From Fistulifera solaris (taxonomy: Eukaryota): a stretch of 64,000 bases of DNA. Both the position numbers and the translations under genes were made by a program. The notes beneath the pieces are model-generated. The model saw only the letters and a program-made list of their open reading frames with translations. It made no database searches and was not told where the DNA came from. The stretch is taken from the NCBI GenBank assembly GCA_030295235.1, contig AP026164.1, positions 2,232,001 to 2,296,000 of the forward strand. Reading direction: 5' to 3'. Shown here piece by piece: positions 36,801 to 49,305 of the stretch (position 1 is the first letter of the stretch; each line of letters begins with the position of its first letter).

Positions 36801-39800
36801 CGAAGCCACTTGCATGATCGACAAAAATAACACCGCCTTTGAACTTCTCATCATCCTTGGTACCACCGAAACCAGAGTAGAGACGACCTCTCGTTGAAAC
36901 AGAGAAGTGATCCATTGAAACCTTCTGGCCCGGAATTAAAATATCCTTCGAGAGAACTTTGGATTGGCGATCGACGGTCAATTTCGCTCCAGTCGACTTG
37001 CGCTTTCCTTTTCCATACATACAAGCAGCGACTTGGGAATATCACAACGCCGCCGCTTTGACTTCAGCAGAATTTCCGAGAGCGCCGGTTTTGAGCAAGG
37101 CTTGAATATTTTTCATGCTTCGGTGAACAAATCGGAAATGTAAGCGAAGAAGAAATTTCTGTGCTTCACTCAAGTTTTGATTCTCAGCCAGCGGTCACAC
37201 AGTTTCGAATCTTTGCAGCATTGAGAGCAACAGATTGTTTTCGGAACATCTCCAGAGTAGGCAAGTTGTTTTCCGGAGAGTAAACAATATCAAGAAAGTG
37301 GCCGTCCAACAGATCGACATGAATGAGGCTCGAGTCGCCTGAAAAACGCGGTTCGTCGTTTCGTTGCGCCTTCACCAATTGACAGTAGGACTGTGGGCTG
37401 AAGAGTCGGATATTGGCATCGGGCACATGTAATCCAGGGACCCGAAAAGTAAAGCCCTTGCCGTTGGACAGAGTAACAGTCCACTCAAGAGTGCCCGTGC
37501 CGGCAATCGAAGAACCTGCAGCAAAGCCAGACAAAACTTTATCGCCAGTAGTCGGAGTGTAGGACGTGAAGTCAGCACGGTCGAAAGTAACAGCAACTGT
37601 GGCTCCAGTATCCCAAATAACCGGAAACAGATCCGCCATGGTAGGCTTTCCAGCGACATGCACTTGATGCAAAGCAGGGAGGGCATAAATAGACGGGGGC
37701 AGCTTCGCGTACGGTGCAAAGTAGGCTTTAGAGTTGTCTACACTATTATCTCCCTCTCGAAGCAACATCGTCTCACTTTCACTAGCAGCTCCCTCTGGAA
37801 AGAAATGCCCAGTGGGATAGCAAAACAGAAGAGAGTCGTCCAGTAGGTTCCAAGGCTTAGGATGCCCGTTCGGCGGACACGATAAATCTAAAGACTCGGT
37901 ACACAAATGGCCATTGCTGTCAATCATATCCGGAAGCTCCAAGGCCCAACGAGGAATCGCTTCGAAGTCTTCGACGACGTTTGCTCCTCTCGCAGTTTCG
38001 ACAAAACGATTTTGCTTGCGACGGCCGAAAAACACCATCCTCACCATGCTGACAAGACGAATCTTTTGAAGATGAAGAAGGATCAGGAGGTCGGCGCAAA
38101 CGTCGGCTGCGATCACTTGGATGAAACTGGTAGCGGCCATGCCAGGCGGGCACCAAGTTAACTCCATAAACAACACCGGGGGCGCCGAGCGTAAGCGTCA
38201 CTCGCCACATGCTCGTCATGATCGGGAAGAAAGAACCATGAAACGACACGGGAGAGAGATGAGACGCTCGGGCAAAGGGCGTGAATCGCGGCCGAAGACC
38301 AAGAGAGCGACGATGAGCGGCACTTTGGGCACGCAACCACTTCGAGATGGTCGCAGCAACACGGAAATGACGCCACCAAGAAAAGCACTCCACAATCAAC
38401 CAGCAAAGAATAAAATGCTTCGGCCGAAAGCTCCAACGATAAACGACCGATAAATATGGACAAAAGGCTCAGGAAGGGACCTCGATCGAAGGTTCACCTT
38501 CCCTGCCGATTTCCTATTCGAATCGCTGTCGGAACCCCAACAGAACTGCAAGGGTGCCGTCCAAGCTTGAGCAACATTAGCGGCAGGAGCGGCGGGCTTG
38601 GCATCAGCGGGCTTCTCTTCTTTGCTCTTGTGCTCGTCGGTTCCATGAGTCTGGTTCCAACGCTTGCACTTGGCTAGCAATAATAGAAAGTCTTGCCGTA
38701 CTTGGTCATGGTGGTGGGCTCGCCGTCCTTCGAGCGCGCAGTCCAACGAGTTTCGGTCGAACCACCGCTTTTCTTTTCGCCATCACCACCGCTAGCCTTC
38801 GGAGCAGCCTTGTCTTTGTTCGCCTTCTTGTCTTTGGTCTTCGAGGGAGGCAGTTTTAGTGCCGTTCGACTCGAATTTCGACTTGAGGGTCTTGAACTCG
38901 GCTTTGAGACTCTTGATAGCCGCAGTATTAGCACTAACATCAGTAGCAACTCCTTTAGCCGGTCCCCAATCGTCCTTCAGGGTGCTGTAGAAATCTTTAG
39001 CTTCATGGAGAATGCGGCGATAGTTTGTATAACCGCTCATCCTTTCAGCAACTTCCTTCGACTTTCCGGCAGAGAGACGCACAAAGTCGGAGAGAGATGC
39101 CAACTTCGTGTGCCAGTGAACACGAACGCCGACCGAACATTTGCACAGCTGCTGCTGCAAAATAATCAAGTGGTCGCTGAGGGAGCTGGTCATTAGCTTC
39201 CAACTCCTGCAAAGTCTCCATCTGCGCATTCGCCCCAAGCAGCAACATTCTCACCGGGAGTTTCAACCAACGTGCCGTGAACTCCTCTCCGAGCTCTGAG
39301 ACACGGCCGAAATGCGTTGGGAAGAACTTCTTCGGTGATTTTCATCCAAACCAAAGGGCCAAAGCGGCATGGCCGGAACTCAAGGAAGTACGAATCGTGC
39401 GCTGGAAGGAGCGCTCCAACGAGTTGAGCAGAAAAGCAGCCGAATCGCTTAGCGAGTTGATCATGTACTGATCAAAGACACCGGACTTGATCATGTCTTC
39501 GAGATGCTTCGCGACTTCGTCGAAAGTGAACTTGCCATGGTACACGAAGAGATCGATGACACGACTGAGATCAGCAGGATCATTCATGTAGAACGGCGTA
39601 TCGAGACCATGCGTAATACAATGGTTGAACGCTTCATCCGCGAGCTCAACAAGGCGGTAGTCATTCGCAGTAGGACTGAACTTGGGGTCGAGACCGGCGA
39701 TGCGATCCTTAAAACTTTTCTCAGCGCGATAAGGATTCGGATCTCGGAAGCAGTAGGGCGTCGCAGGCACAAGGTTAACACTGCGAGTAAAGTTTGCATC

Positions 39801-39980
39801 CGGAGGACCACCAATAGCTGGGATAGAACCTTGAACAAGGCCGAACTTTGGCGCGAGAACGGGCTCGGAAAAAGTGGCCTGAACATCCTTTTCGACTTTT
39901 GCGCTTGGTGAAACTGCGAGGCGAGTACCGGCGGTCACCGGAGGAGGTTTCCTGTCATCAGTTTCGCTATCGGAAGACAT
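33559..39980 (-). CDS. Copia gag-pol polyprotein, fragmented by many indels
   Basis: Gag with a C..C..W..H....H knuckle near 38660. Protease VIWDTGAT near 37610. Integrase QKVSMDHF, YHTDNG, HQNAVAER, LWPQAIDY. RT YSPVVQWSTVR, QVDYVNAF, LTYVDDCL. RNase H CFVDADFAG, FEDNNGA, QLADIMTKGL. Confidence 0.93.
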
Positions 39981-40065
39981 ATCGCGAATAACGAAAGACG
40001 ACAAAAGGGAGTAAGTAGGGCACGTGTATCAAACAACTGCAAAGACTGTACCAGATAGTGTGAAT

Positions 40066-40079
40066 CTGGGCTCGTAACC
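40066..40079 (-). other. Primer-binding site GGTTACGAGCCCAG (initiator tRNA-Met half-molecule type)
   Basis: Directly abuts the 5' LTR, lacks the TGG of a 3'-CCA primer, and resembles the Drosophila copia PBS GGTTATGGGCCCAG. Confidence 0.7.
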
Positions 40080-40530
40080 TCTCACGTATCGACGGACAGA
40101 AACAGAAATTCTGTCAACCAAGTCGCTACGTTTCGCAACAACAGAAGAGGAAGTATCTGGTAGAGCTAAGACGATAAACAGTCAAAGTTTTCCAAACAAC
40201 AATATTATGAAGCCTTTACAAATCCGACAAATGAACAAGGTGGAATCTCACTGGGTGATGGTTCCGCCGAGAATGTCACTGCCATCGGACTAGGTCTTGT
40301 TTTATCTTGAAATTCTGAGCTCACGATGTGGCTCTAACATTCTTGTATCGCGTTGCTTGCAAACCTTTCACGCCTTCACGATCAACCCAAATCGTGCAAA
40401 GACCCTTGGGCCTCGCCCAAGAGGTTACACTCCTGATGCTTCCGATTTGGGGATCGGAATTCGCATTAGGTCGTGCGGCCATATTGGCTGAGTCCCTAGT
40501 AGTCTGCCCGCTATCCGCATTTCCGTGACA
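40080..40530 (-). repeat. 5' LTR (451 bp)
   Basis: On the minus strand it reads TGTCACGG...CGTGAGA, followed immediately by the PBS. Confidence 0.96.
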
Positions 40531-40833
40531 GTATGGGAAATTAAGTTCTTCCTATCAGAACGTTCAAGTCCAATATGGGCGGAATCCGGTCTAAGACTTT
40601 TTCTACTTAGCGATTTGGATCACCGCCTTAAATGTCAAAAGGTTACTAATTCTACAGATATGAATATTGCATTTCGCATACATTCCCCAGTCACCTCGAG
40701 AACGAGAAAATTCCTGTTCAGTCTTTTTAGTCACAATTTTCGCCTTCGTCGTCCATTTTTCAACAAACCATCGAGCATTTTGCTCGAAAAGCTCATCCAT
40801 TCATAACTCGAAGGAGCGTCAAAAGCCAGAAAG

Positions 40834-42027
40834 ATGATGAGTGCGATGAACCCTTCCGCCTCAAGGAGACTTTCTCTCAATGCCAAGAACGAGCAGCAGT
40901 ACGGTGGTCGAATCAACCAAATTTTCTTCATCACGTGCGTCGCGTCCTTCCTCTTGCAGCTCTTAGCTTCCGTCGCCTCCTGGAACAATGCCCGTTCTCT
41001 CGAGTCGACGATGATGTTAGGATTTGAAGGTGATAAGACGAGTGAACTGATTCGACAGCGCCGTGTGGAGGTTGCTCCCATCGTCTCACCGACGGAAACT
41101 CCCAAACACACGGGACGGTTACGTGTTTTATTTGGTATTCTCACCGCGGACTTTCCCAATGATGAAAGTTACCGAAAGCGTCATCGTATGCTTTTCAAGC
41201 TTTGGGACGATCCCCGTGTTTGTTCGTTACCGGACTTTAAGGCTCGTCCGCTGGAAACGCGCTACGAATGTCAACTCATTTATACCTTTGTCATGGCGGG
41301 AAATCCGGACGCACCACCGGTCTTGGTCAATAACGAGCGCCCTTTCGAAGTCGCCAAGCCCATTACTGGCAGATCGAAAGATTTGAACGAGCCTGATACG
41401 ATTTTGTTGAACATTCGGGAGAATATGAATGAAGGAAAGAGTCAAACCTGGATGAAATATGGTGCGGAAATCGCGGAAGAGTACGGTCTCGACTACGTCA
41501 CGAAATGCGATGCAGACTCGTTACTGCATTTGCACGACTTCTTTGAGTGGGCGTACAAGAACTTACCACCGGCTCCTTACAATACGAATGTGTATGCGGG
41601 AGCACTGCGCGACAAGGCCTACTGGCCGCGTCATGAGACCGAGCAAGAACGAATTCGTTTTGAATCGTACTTTGGGCAAAATTTTGAGGGTGTGCACTTG
41701 TACGTCGCTGGTCAGATCTACATTGTATCGACCGATTTGGCTCGTTTCATTGGAAAGGAAGCTTACACGAACAACTGTTCTTACTGCGAAGGGCACGAAG
41801 ACCATGACATTTCCGCCATGGCATTCCACAGTCCTGAGCCAATCAAACTCATGGTGATTGGACGAAATCATCGTTTCTGGGAGCACCCCGTCAAAGGAGA
41901 GCCACGGTGGAGACGAATGTGGCAGCGAGAAAATGCGAGAAAAGCTGGAGTGCCGTTTGAAGGTCGAACGTTCAATTCGAAGAGCTCGTTCCAAGATATC
42001 ATGGGTTACCCAGCCACGCAGCAATAA
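40834..42027 (+). CDS. Type II membrane glycosyltransferase, GT31/galactosyltransferase-like
   Basis: N-terminal TM segment. LNIRENMNEGKSQTW, DYVTKCDADS (DxD), YVAGQIYIVSTDLARFI, HEDHDIS. Confidence 0.75.
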   Translation: MMSAMNPSASRRLSLNAKNEQQYGGRINQIFFITCVASFLLQLLASVASWNNARSLESTMMLGFEGDKTSELIRQRRVEVAPIVSPTETPKHTGRLRVLFGILTADFPNDESYRKRHRMLFKLWDDPRVCSLPDFKARPLETRYECQLIYTFVMAGNPDAPPVLVNNERPFEVAKPITGRSKDLNEPDTILLNIRENMNEGKSQTWMKYGAEIAEEYGLDYVTKCDADSLLHLHDFFEWAYKNLPPAPYNTNVYAGALRDKAYWPRHETEQERIRFESYFGQNFEGVHLYVAGQIYIVSTDLARFIGKEAYTNNCSYCEGHEDHDISAMAFHSPEPIKLMVIGRNHRFWEHPVKGEPRWRRMWQRENARKAGVPFEGRTFNSKSSFQDIMGYPATQQ

Positions 42028-42180
42028 CCATGCGCGCGGTGGAAACAACGATGGAGTGGACAGGGTTGACTATCGTCATGAGGCAATGTCTATAAATCTT
42101 GTTTTTGAAAACTTTATGATTCGTCGCCGCATGATAAAAGCTCGAATAGATATGCTTTGAAAACAGTCAGTAGCTATAGG

Positions 42181-42842
42181 TTAGCGCTTGCGTTCTCCTT
42201 TGGTTGCCTTTTTCCGTCGTTCCTCTTTTAAACGTGCTTTCTCAAGCTTCGCTTGAGCTGTCTTTGCTGTTCTTCCTTTTTGTAGTTACACTTTGTTTCC
42301 TTAATTCATTCTGTTGTTCTTTCATGGCTAATTCGGCAACTTGCTTGTTCGTCAAGACGACTTCCTCCTCCTTGTCCTTCCCGTCCTCATCGTCATCTTC
42401 TTCATCGTAACCGTACCGGGCAACGAGAGCCTGTTTGGCGGCATCCTCCAGTGATGCCTTCTTTTTCTCTTGTTCTTTTCTAGTTTCAGTCGTTCCGCTT
42501 CTTGTGCCGCTTGTCGTTCTCGTTCCAGTTGTTCATGATAGAGTTGTTCCTCCCGTTCGTGTTGTTCTTTTTGTCGTTGTTGAAACCCTTTTGATGCTCG
42601 TCCCATTCCTTTTGCAAATCCGTTCGTAATACATTCCATACAGTCGTATCGTCGCAGTGTGTTTCAGAACTCGCTCGTAACAATTCTAAGACGGACTCCC
42701 ATTCGTCTTCATCCTCGGTTAACAACAAAGGAATGAGATATGTGCCGTAGGTTTCGTAATCCAACCCGAGTTGTTCCAGTCGTTGCGACAGGAAGGGTTC
42801 CATGGCTTGCCGTGCTTGTTCCTCCTCGTCCGGGTTGCTCAT
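42181..42842 (-). CDS. CCDC43: CCDC43-like coiled-coil protein (several indels)
   Basis: FLSQRLEQLGLDYETYGTYLI N-terminus, charged coiled coil, ALVARYGYDEED, and C-terminus KEERRKKATKGERKR* (stop 42183-42181). Confidence 0.7.
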
Positions 42843-43219
42843 TCTCAGAGCTTTTTATAAAGGGAAAAGGGTAAGTTGTTAATTATGATGGGCACCCTTG
42901 TTGCATTTGTTGCATGACATTGCAACTATGGAGAGTGACGAAGCACTCTTGACTGAAATCCACTCGTGATGATATCTGGTTTACACTTTAGAATTAGAGT
43001 GAGACGTCCCACACTCTTTCAGGGACTGTGTCTGTTGTACGGTCTGTCGGCTGTCCATTTTTGAATCGTCTGTCCGGTGACGGTCCGGATCCTGCACCAC
43101 CACCGTCCAAGCTTTTTTTCTGCCTCCTTTTTTTGACAACATTTTCGTTCCACAACATCCACCCCATCATTCGTTGACTTGCGATTCTTCTTCGTCTACT
43201 TCTTTCGACACAAGTAACC

Positions 43220-46200
43220 ATGAAACGCCCTCCACAACATGACAAGGAGGATACGGACAACAACAGTGACGACGGCGAACTGATGCTCGTCGAAGAAGAG
43301 AAAAATCGAACAAGTGCCCTTTTGGATACCTTTTATGGACTCTCCTCGATAGATCCACAAGAACGTGCCGAGGCCGCACAAGACATGATACAGCACTGTT
43401 TCTTGGGCCCACAGGCCAACACGAAAGATGCCGCGTATGCCCTGAAGCGGTTGTTGAATGCCTTGTGTTCGGGGCGCGCGGCGGCGCGGCAGGGCAACGC
43501 GTCGGCGTTAGTTGCCTTTCTCAAAGTGGCTCAAGAGACCAACACGTTGCAAGACATTCAAAAGGAAACAAAAGTGTCACAGAGCAAACAACAGGAGAAT
43601 CCAGTGGTTGATGCGATTGTCTCGGATCGCATCTTTGTACGCAATCAGTTGCTCGCAGCCACGACAGAACCAGGAGATGGTCGAAAGAAGAAGGGATCGG
43701 AGGAACGTGATTACGTGTTCGGACGTCTGTTTGGTATCTTGGCTATACAAAGAGTGGTATGTTGCTTCCCAGCAACAGCAGTGACGATATGGAGGAAGTT
43801 GTGACCGTGTCGAAACACTACATTTCCGATCTCATTCAGCTCTTTCAATTCAAGAAATGGATGAAAGAATCGGCAGCGCATGCTATTTGTATGCTCCTCA
43901 ACTCGTACTATTATGCGAGCGAAGAGATCTTATCAGACGCCAAGGCAATTGTGGATCGGTTGGTGAGAGAAAGTATTGTGCCAGAATTACTGTCGACGAC
44001 GTTGTCGGAGTTCTCGGCGGAACAATTAGCGGTAGCCATTCATATTCAATCGCACGTGCACTGTCATTCTCAAAAACTTCCAGCGCCTTTAGAAGAAGCT
44101 GTTTTTTCCGTGGAAACGATTCCTACGTTGGCTTTTGCCTTGAGTGAGACGAGTGCCGTGACACAGCCTCGAACGCATTTAGTATGGGATGTCATTTGGA
44201 CCTTTCTCACCGAGACTTCTAGGGAGGAGACAAGCACAAAAGGGTCTTCGAATGATGTTCGTCTACCACGTGACGTCACTCCGGTGGGTTCCGAAAGTGT
44301 GGAAGACGTGTTGATGGCATTAATTCAGTTTGTTGTGACGCAGAGGTTGCTCGGAATCATGCTGGATGACGAGGCAAAACAACACGGCGAATCTGTAGCA
44401 GGAAAGGCTACTCATGAACGACGTGCGTTAGCACTGTGTATTGTTCGAAATCTTTCGGGGGTGGAGTTCGTTTCTTCTTTGACAGGAAGAACAGTCCTTA
44501 ACATGACTCCATCCATCATGGAAAATGTAGCGCTAAATTCCAATCTGGTGCGTCGCCTTTTTATCGATGTGATTGGGGCTGGGACAGCAACAGGTAGAAA
44601 GGGGAAACAAGCGGAACATATTCTTAAACCTTTTGCTACACAAGTGTTGGAATTCATTGTTGCTCGGGCTCTCTCTGACCTAGGAAATGATAAGGTGGAT
44701 GTAGTAGGTTCAAACGAGATGTGCCTGTCTATATTACGTGGTATACTGCGTTGTGATGCGCATTTTGACTCGAGTACAAAGACAAGAACTATTTCGGCAA
44801 TTCTGGAAACAAAGACAAAGCAATTTGATGAGCAATTTTGGATTTCGTACATTCAATTTTTAGAACGTGAGGTCTTAGCCAATCACTCTGCGCACTTCGT
44901 TGATTTGATGTACCAAGCCGCCAAGACTTTGGATAAAAATACAGAGTCGGCAACGGCTGCCGACCTCAGCAAAGGTATACTCAATTTCTTTTTGGCATTG
45001 GCATTCTTCGATTGCAGCTCAGTCGAAACAGCGGCCGAGGAGTCCGTTCAAACATCAGGGAAAAGAAGAAAAATAAGAAGAAGAAATCGTCCAATCATGC
45101 GGAAATTTCCCCAATTCAGCAACTCGCAATGCGATTGAACACCAAACAACCCTACAACGTCCGTTCAGTTGCTTCAGCCCGGTTCTTTTCGTTGCTGTCA
45201 GAACTACAAATTCGAGCATCTCAATCACAAGGAACCAACAAAGATCAAGAAATTTTGACAATCCTCGCTTCGCCACGCACAGTGTGTTTGGAGCTCCAGC
45301 TAGTCGGTGCAAAACCTCTGGTCGCATGGGATGAATCAAGTGCGACAGAGAAGGAAGATTATTCACCACTAGAGATAGTGTCTTTAATATGTGACGGAGC
45401 CAAGAAACATTTAGACGTTGATCCATCAAGCACCAAAGCAAGATTTGGGTGCGGACTAGCTATTCTCGCCTCGGTACTCTATGTTCACCTCCTCTCGTGC
45501 GGCGAAGACGAGGTGTCCATGGGAGAGGACGATTTAGATGCCGATGACGACGAAGACAGGGAAGAAGTCTTATCATTTCTTTCCGATGTTCGGGAAGTCT
45601 ATGAAACCTTTTCCAGCGAAGGAACTGTTGACATTTCGTCCCTTGCTGGAATGTGCACAAACATTATCTCCTCTCCTCTCGGCGCTGGAGGCAGAAGCCG
45701 GGGTGCATCTCCCACACTGCTTCGAGAAGCGGTACGAATCGTTTGGACTAAGGTGCTTACTCACGCATCATCGATTGGTGGCAATGTGATCAGCACAGAA
45801 GCTGTGGATACGCTACTTGTTGGTATCGGTATTGATAGATCAGATGAGCACGCGCAGGAAGATGACGGGGACGAAGAATCGGGTGACAGCGAAGATGAAA
45901 ATGGCGTCTTTGTTGAAGCGACTGAAGTTGAAGACGACGAAGACAGCGAAAATAGTGACGATCTTCTCTCTAAACCTTCAAACGGCAATGACGACGACGA
46001 CTCGGAGAACGATGTTGAAGTAGACCCCTCAAAGCTGCAGTCCTTGCTGGAACAGGAGCTTGAAGACGACTCTGTGGGAGAAGAGTTGGAACACCATGAA
46101 GGCGCTGATGCTGCTTTGGCAAAGCTGATTCAGCTGAAACAAGAAGCTCGTAAAGCCGGCCTAAAAGCCAAAGAAAGACTCGAACTTTCCCGCCAAATTA

Positions 46201-47330
46201 AGTGCACGCTACTCCTTGAGACCCTGCTTTCCGGTAAACCAGATGGATGGGGTTGTCTTCTCACGACTGATGCCCTCCTTGATATTGCGTTTGCCTTGCT
46301 GCAGTATCACCGAAGGTTGGAAAAAGCTATCAAGAGCTCATCAGACAAGGGATCCGATATTTCTTTGTCAGAAAGAAAAGCCATGCTAGCGAGGATCACA
46401 TCGATTCTGAAAAACAAACTCTTTAAGTTCAAACTGTCCAGTATATCGTGGTCCAGCCCGGAAGCCGCTCAAGTTTATGCTGAGAATATGTCGGTTTCGC
46501 TGTTTCAGGAATTACGTCAGAGTCCGGACAAAGAGCACCAGCAATTATGCAGCAGTGCGATTGTTTTTCTGACCCGTTGTATTGATTCACTCGATGGACG
46601 ACTTGAGATTGCTAAACATTTTGCAGCAGTAGTTGATGAATGGGCCCACAGACGCACAGGGAAATTAGACGCGAGTTTCTTTGACCATCTCATCCACCAG
46701 AACCCATCGTATGCGCAAGTGTCCTTGACCCAGGAGCTAGCAAAAGCCGCAGCTACCGCACGATCAGCATTCTTAAAGTCGGAAGCATTCCGACTTCTTG
46801 GCTTACTACATAATCCCAAATTGTCGACGGGTCAGAAAGAGTTGGGAGAACTTGGCGACGCTCGTGTTGTTGCCGCTAATGATACCGTAATTGATGCTGT
46901 CATCAGTGCTTTCGAAGACCCTGAGATGAAGAAAGCCAAGCGCATTCGTGAAGTCATAAAAACCTTGGAGAAAATTCTGGTATTTCTTTCTGCCAAACCT
47001 TCAGCCTCCCATGAGAAACAATTAGATCAGCTCGTGGAACTTTTAAAGCAGTCACTGAAAAGTTCCGAAAGCAAGGGAATTCAATCTTCGTGTGAAAAAG
47101 TAATTAGCCTGATACACGAACTGAAAAGCAAACCTACCAGCAGCGAGAGTATGGAAGTAGAGAACGGTAATGAGGATGCAAAAGACGATAGCAACAATGA
47201 TCATATGCAGGTGGATGAAGCCAAGTCTGATGATGAAAGCGCGGATGAAAATGAAAGCTCTCATGGTGACGGCAAGAAGAAAAAGAAGAGCAAATCGAAG
47301 AAAAAGAAAGGAAAATCTAAGAAGAAATAA
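43220..47330 (+). CDS. Pol5/MYBBP1A-like nucleolar protein ('DNA polymerase phi'); frameshifts near 43755 and 45060
   Basis: YALKRLLNALCSGRAAARQG, GSEERDYVFGRLFGILA, acidic tract followed by DAALAKLIQLK, and a Lys-rich C-terminal tail. Confidence 0.8.
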
Positions 47331-47436
47331 TAACTTTATTGGCTTAGGTTTAAAATTGTACTCTGCATTGGTTTCGCTTTGACTAGTGAATGTTAGTAGC
47401 GAGTATAACGCGCTATTTTTTAATATTTCATGTTCT

Positions 47437-49305
47437 TCATGCACCCAACAAATCAACTCGGCGATTGAGAATAGAAATCGCATCCGCAAGTTCCATCGAA
47501 ATGAAACCCTTGGCTTGCAGCATGGCCACGGCTTCTTCTGCCAGTCGATCGTCTTGTACAAAGGGATCCATGGTCAATGGGGCTGGTATTCCAGCCAATA
47601 CGCAAAGTGCATTGCCCACGCCACTCAAATCCGAGTATTCCATACTCATCCACCGGGTCACGTCCAAAAGACGCTGTACGGTCAACGGAAGCTCTGTCAT
47701 CGTTGAAAAAATACCAAATACCGACTGAACCTGATGGGCGAACACTCGTGATCCAGATTCGGCCAATTCCAACGTCATCCCGTCGGCATTCAACGCAACT
47801 TGTAAAAATTGTTCCGCCAATAACGAAAGGACGGATTCTCGCATTCTTTGGAACGAGTACTCGGGCAAAGGACCGGCAGTTTCGTGAACAACGGTTTCTT
47901 GATAGAAACGCGTCAGAACTTGTCGAACTTCCATCAATTCCACACCATCATCGTCCTCCTCTTCATTGGATGCTACAAGAAACGAACATCGCACCAAGTA
48001 CGACGCCAATTTCGCCTCATTCAACAAAACCCGCTCCACCAGGGTCTTGGCGAACAAGTCTTCCACGATCGCATTCTCCAATCCTTGCAACGACACGGCA
48101 AATTGCCATAAATCATTCGTGACTTCATTTTCCGGCGGGTGTTGTTGCAAGAAATCCACAATCAGATGCGTTCCTTGAATCCATTCACTCCACGGAATAC
48201 AATCGGTGGGATGTAACTGCAGTGCTTTTTCTTGCCAAACATCCAACAGTTTTGTCCCAAACGGTGCCATGACGGATGAAACATACATACTGCGCAAGGA
48301 AACCAACGATGCTTTCTTTTGCATCGATCGGAATCGTGCACACACGAGTTCAGCACAAGTCGTCATAGAATGGCTAGTATTCTCTTCGCTGTCTTCCAAA
48401 GTCGCTAACGCGAGTTGTTGTTCATTTTGCAACCACCAATCCCACAATTCCACATCTCCCACCACAAAAACATCCACCAATCGACGCACCTTCGTGTCTG
48501 GCATCGTTTCATCAAACAGAAACAATTGTTCCACGTGTTTCATGAATATCTGTGGATGAACATTGTCGCGAAAGACATTGCGTTTTGTCAAGACGTATTG
48601 CAACAATTGCACGAGTTCTTCTAAAAAAAACAGAGCAGAATCTTGAGAAAGAATGGATTGGACCAAATCCCAAACACCGGAATCAAAAATGTGCGTTTGC
48701 ACATACGAGAACAACCATTCGGTGAGACGTTCCGTCCGGAAAGTAGTGGGACGTTCGGGATCGTAAGTAACAAAATGAAACAGCAAGCGTTGCACCCAGG
48801 GTCGCATCAATTCGTGCACCACAATACTACTAGTCTTGTCTTGGTAAATTCCCAAATGCCGCCGCAGTCGCGTTTCACTTGCTAACAATCGTTGTAACAT
48901 TCGACACACTTGTGTGAGTTGAGGAGACGCCTCGGGACATTGTTGGGGATAATCTTGCAAGAACGTTCGTAATTGTTTTTGATACAAGGATTGATAATAG
49001 TGTTGCCACGGCAGATATTCTTGTTCCGCCAGACGTTGTACAAACGAACGAGATGCTGTAGTAGACTGTGTCAATAACTGTTCCAGTGCTTCCATCGTGG
49101 TCTCCACAATCGAGGAGGAGGAGGAGGAGGAGGAGGAGGAGGAGTCATTGTCCTCGATAGTATTATTGTCTTTGTCGTCGGGCAACGGCTCCGGATGTCG
49201 ATGCGCGAGTTGGGTGACGGCATGCCACAAGGACAATTCTTCCACTTGTGATAACAACAATGCTTGTCGGGGCAACAAAGACCTTACTTCGTTGGGGTCG
49301 GGCAT
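47437..49305 (-). CDS. RINT1/Tip20-like ER tethering protein
   Basis: ELMRPWVQRLLFHF...TFRTERLTEWLFSYV resembles the RINT1/Tip20 RFxYHF...TN..DKPEW motif. All-helical composition. Confidence 0.65.
   Translation of the reverse strand: MPDPNEVRSLLPRQALLLSQVEELSLWHAVTQLAHRHPEPLPDDKDNNTIEDNDSSSSSSSSSSSIVETTMEALEQLLTQSTTASRSFVQRLAEQEYLPWQHYYQSLYQKQLRTFLQDYPQQCPEASPQLTQVCRMLQRLLASETRLRRHLGIYQDKTSSIVVHELMRPWVQRLLFHFVTYDPERPTTFRTERLTEWLFSYVQTHIFDSGVWDLVQSILSQDSALFFLEELVQLLQYVLTKRNVFRDNVHPQIFMKHVEQLFLFDETMPDTKVRRLVDVFVVGDVELWDWWLQNEQQLALATLEDSEENTSHSMTTCAELVCARFRSMQKKASLVSLRSMYVSSVMAPFGTKLLDVWQEKALQLHPTDCIPWSEWIQGTHLIVDFLQQHPPENEVTNDLWQFAVSLQGLENAIVEDLFAKTLVERVLLNEAKLASYLVRCSFLVASNEEEDDDGVELMEVRQVLTRFYQETVVHETAGPLPEYSFQRMRESVLSLLAEQFLQVALNADGMTLELAESGSRVFAHQVQSVFGIFSTMTELPLTVQRLLDVTRWMSMEYSDLSGVGNALCVLAGIPAPLTMDPFVQDDRLAEEAVAMLQAKGFISMELADAISILNRRVDLLGA

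Larger units (their letters stand above)
33434..40530 (-). mobile_element. Full-length Ty1/Copia LTR retrotransposon (CoDi-like) with 5-bp TSD GTATG (33429-33433, 40531-40535)
   Basis: Two near-identical LTRs of about 451 bp, a PBS, a PPT, and Copia domain order gag-PR-IN-RT-RH. Confidence 0.97.
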
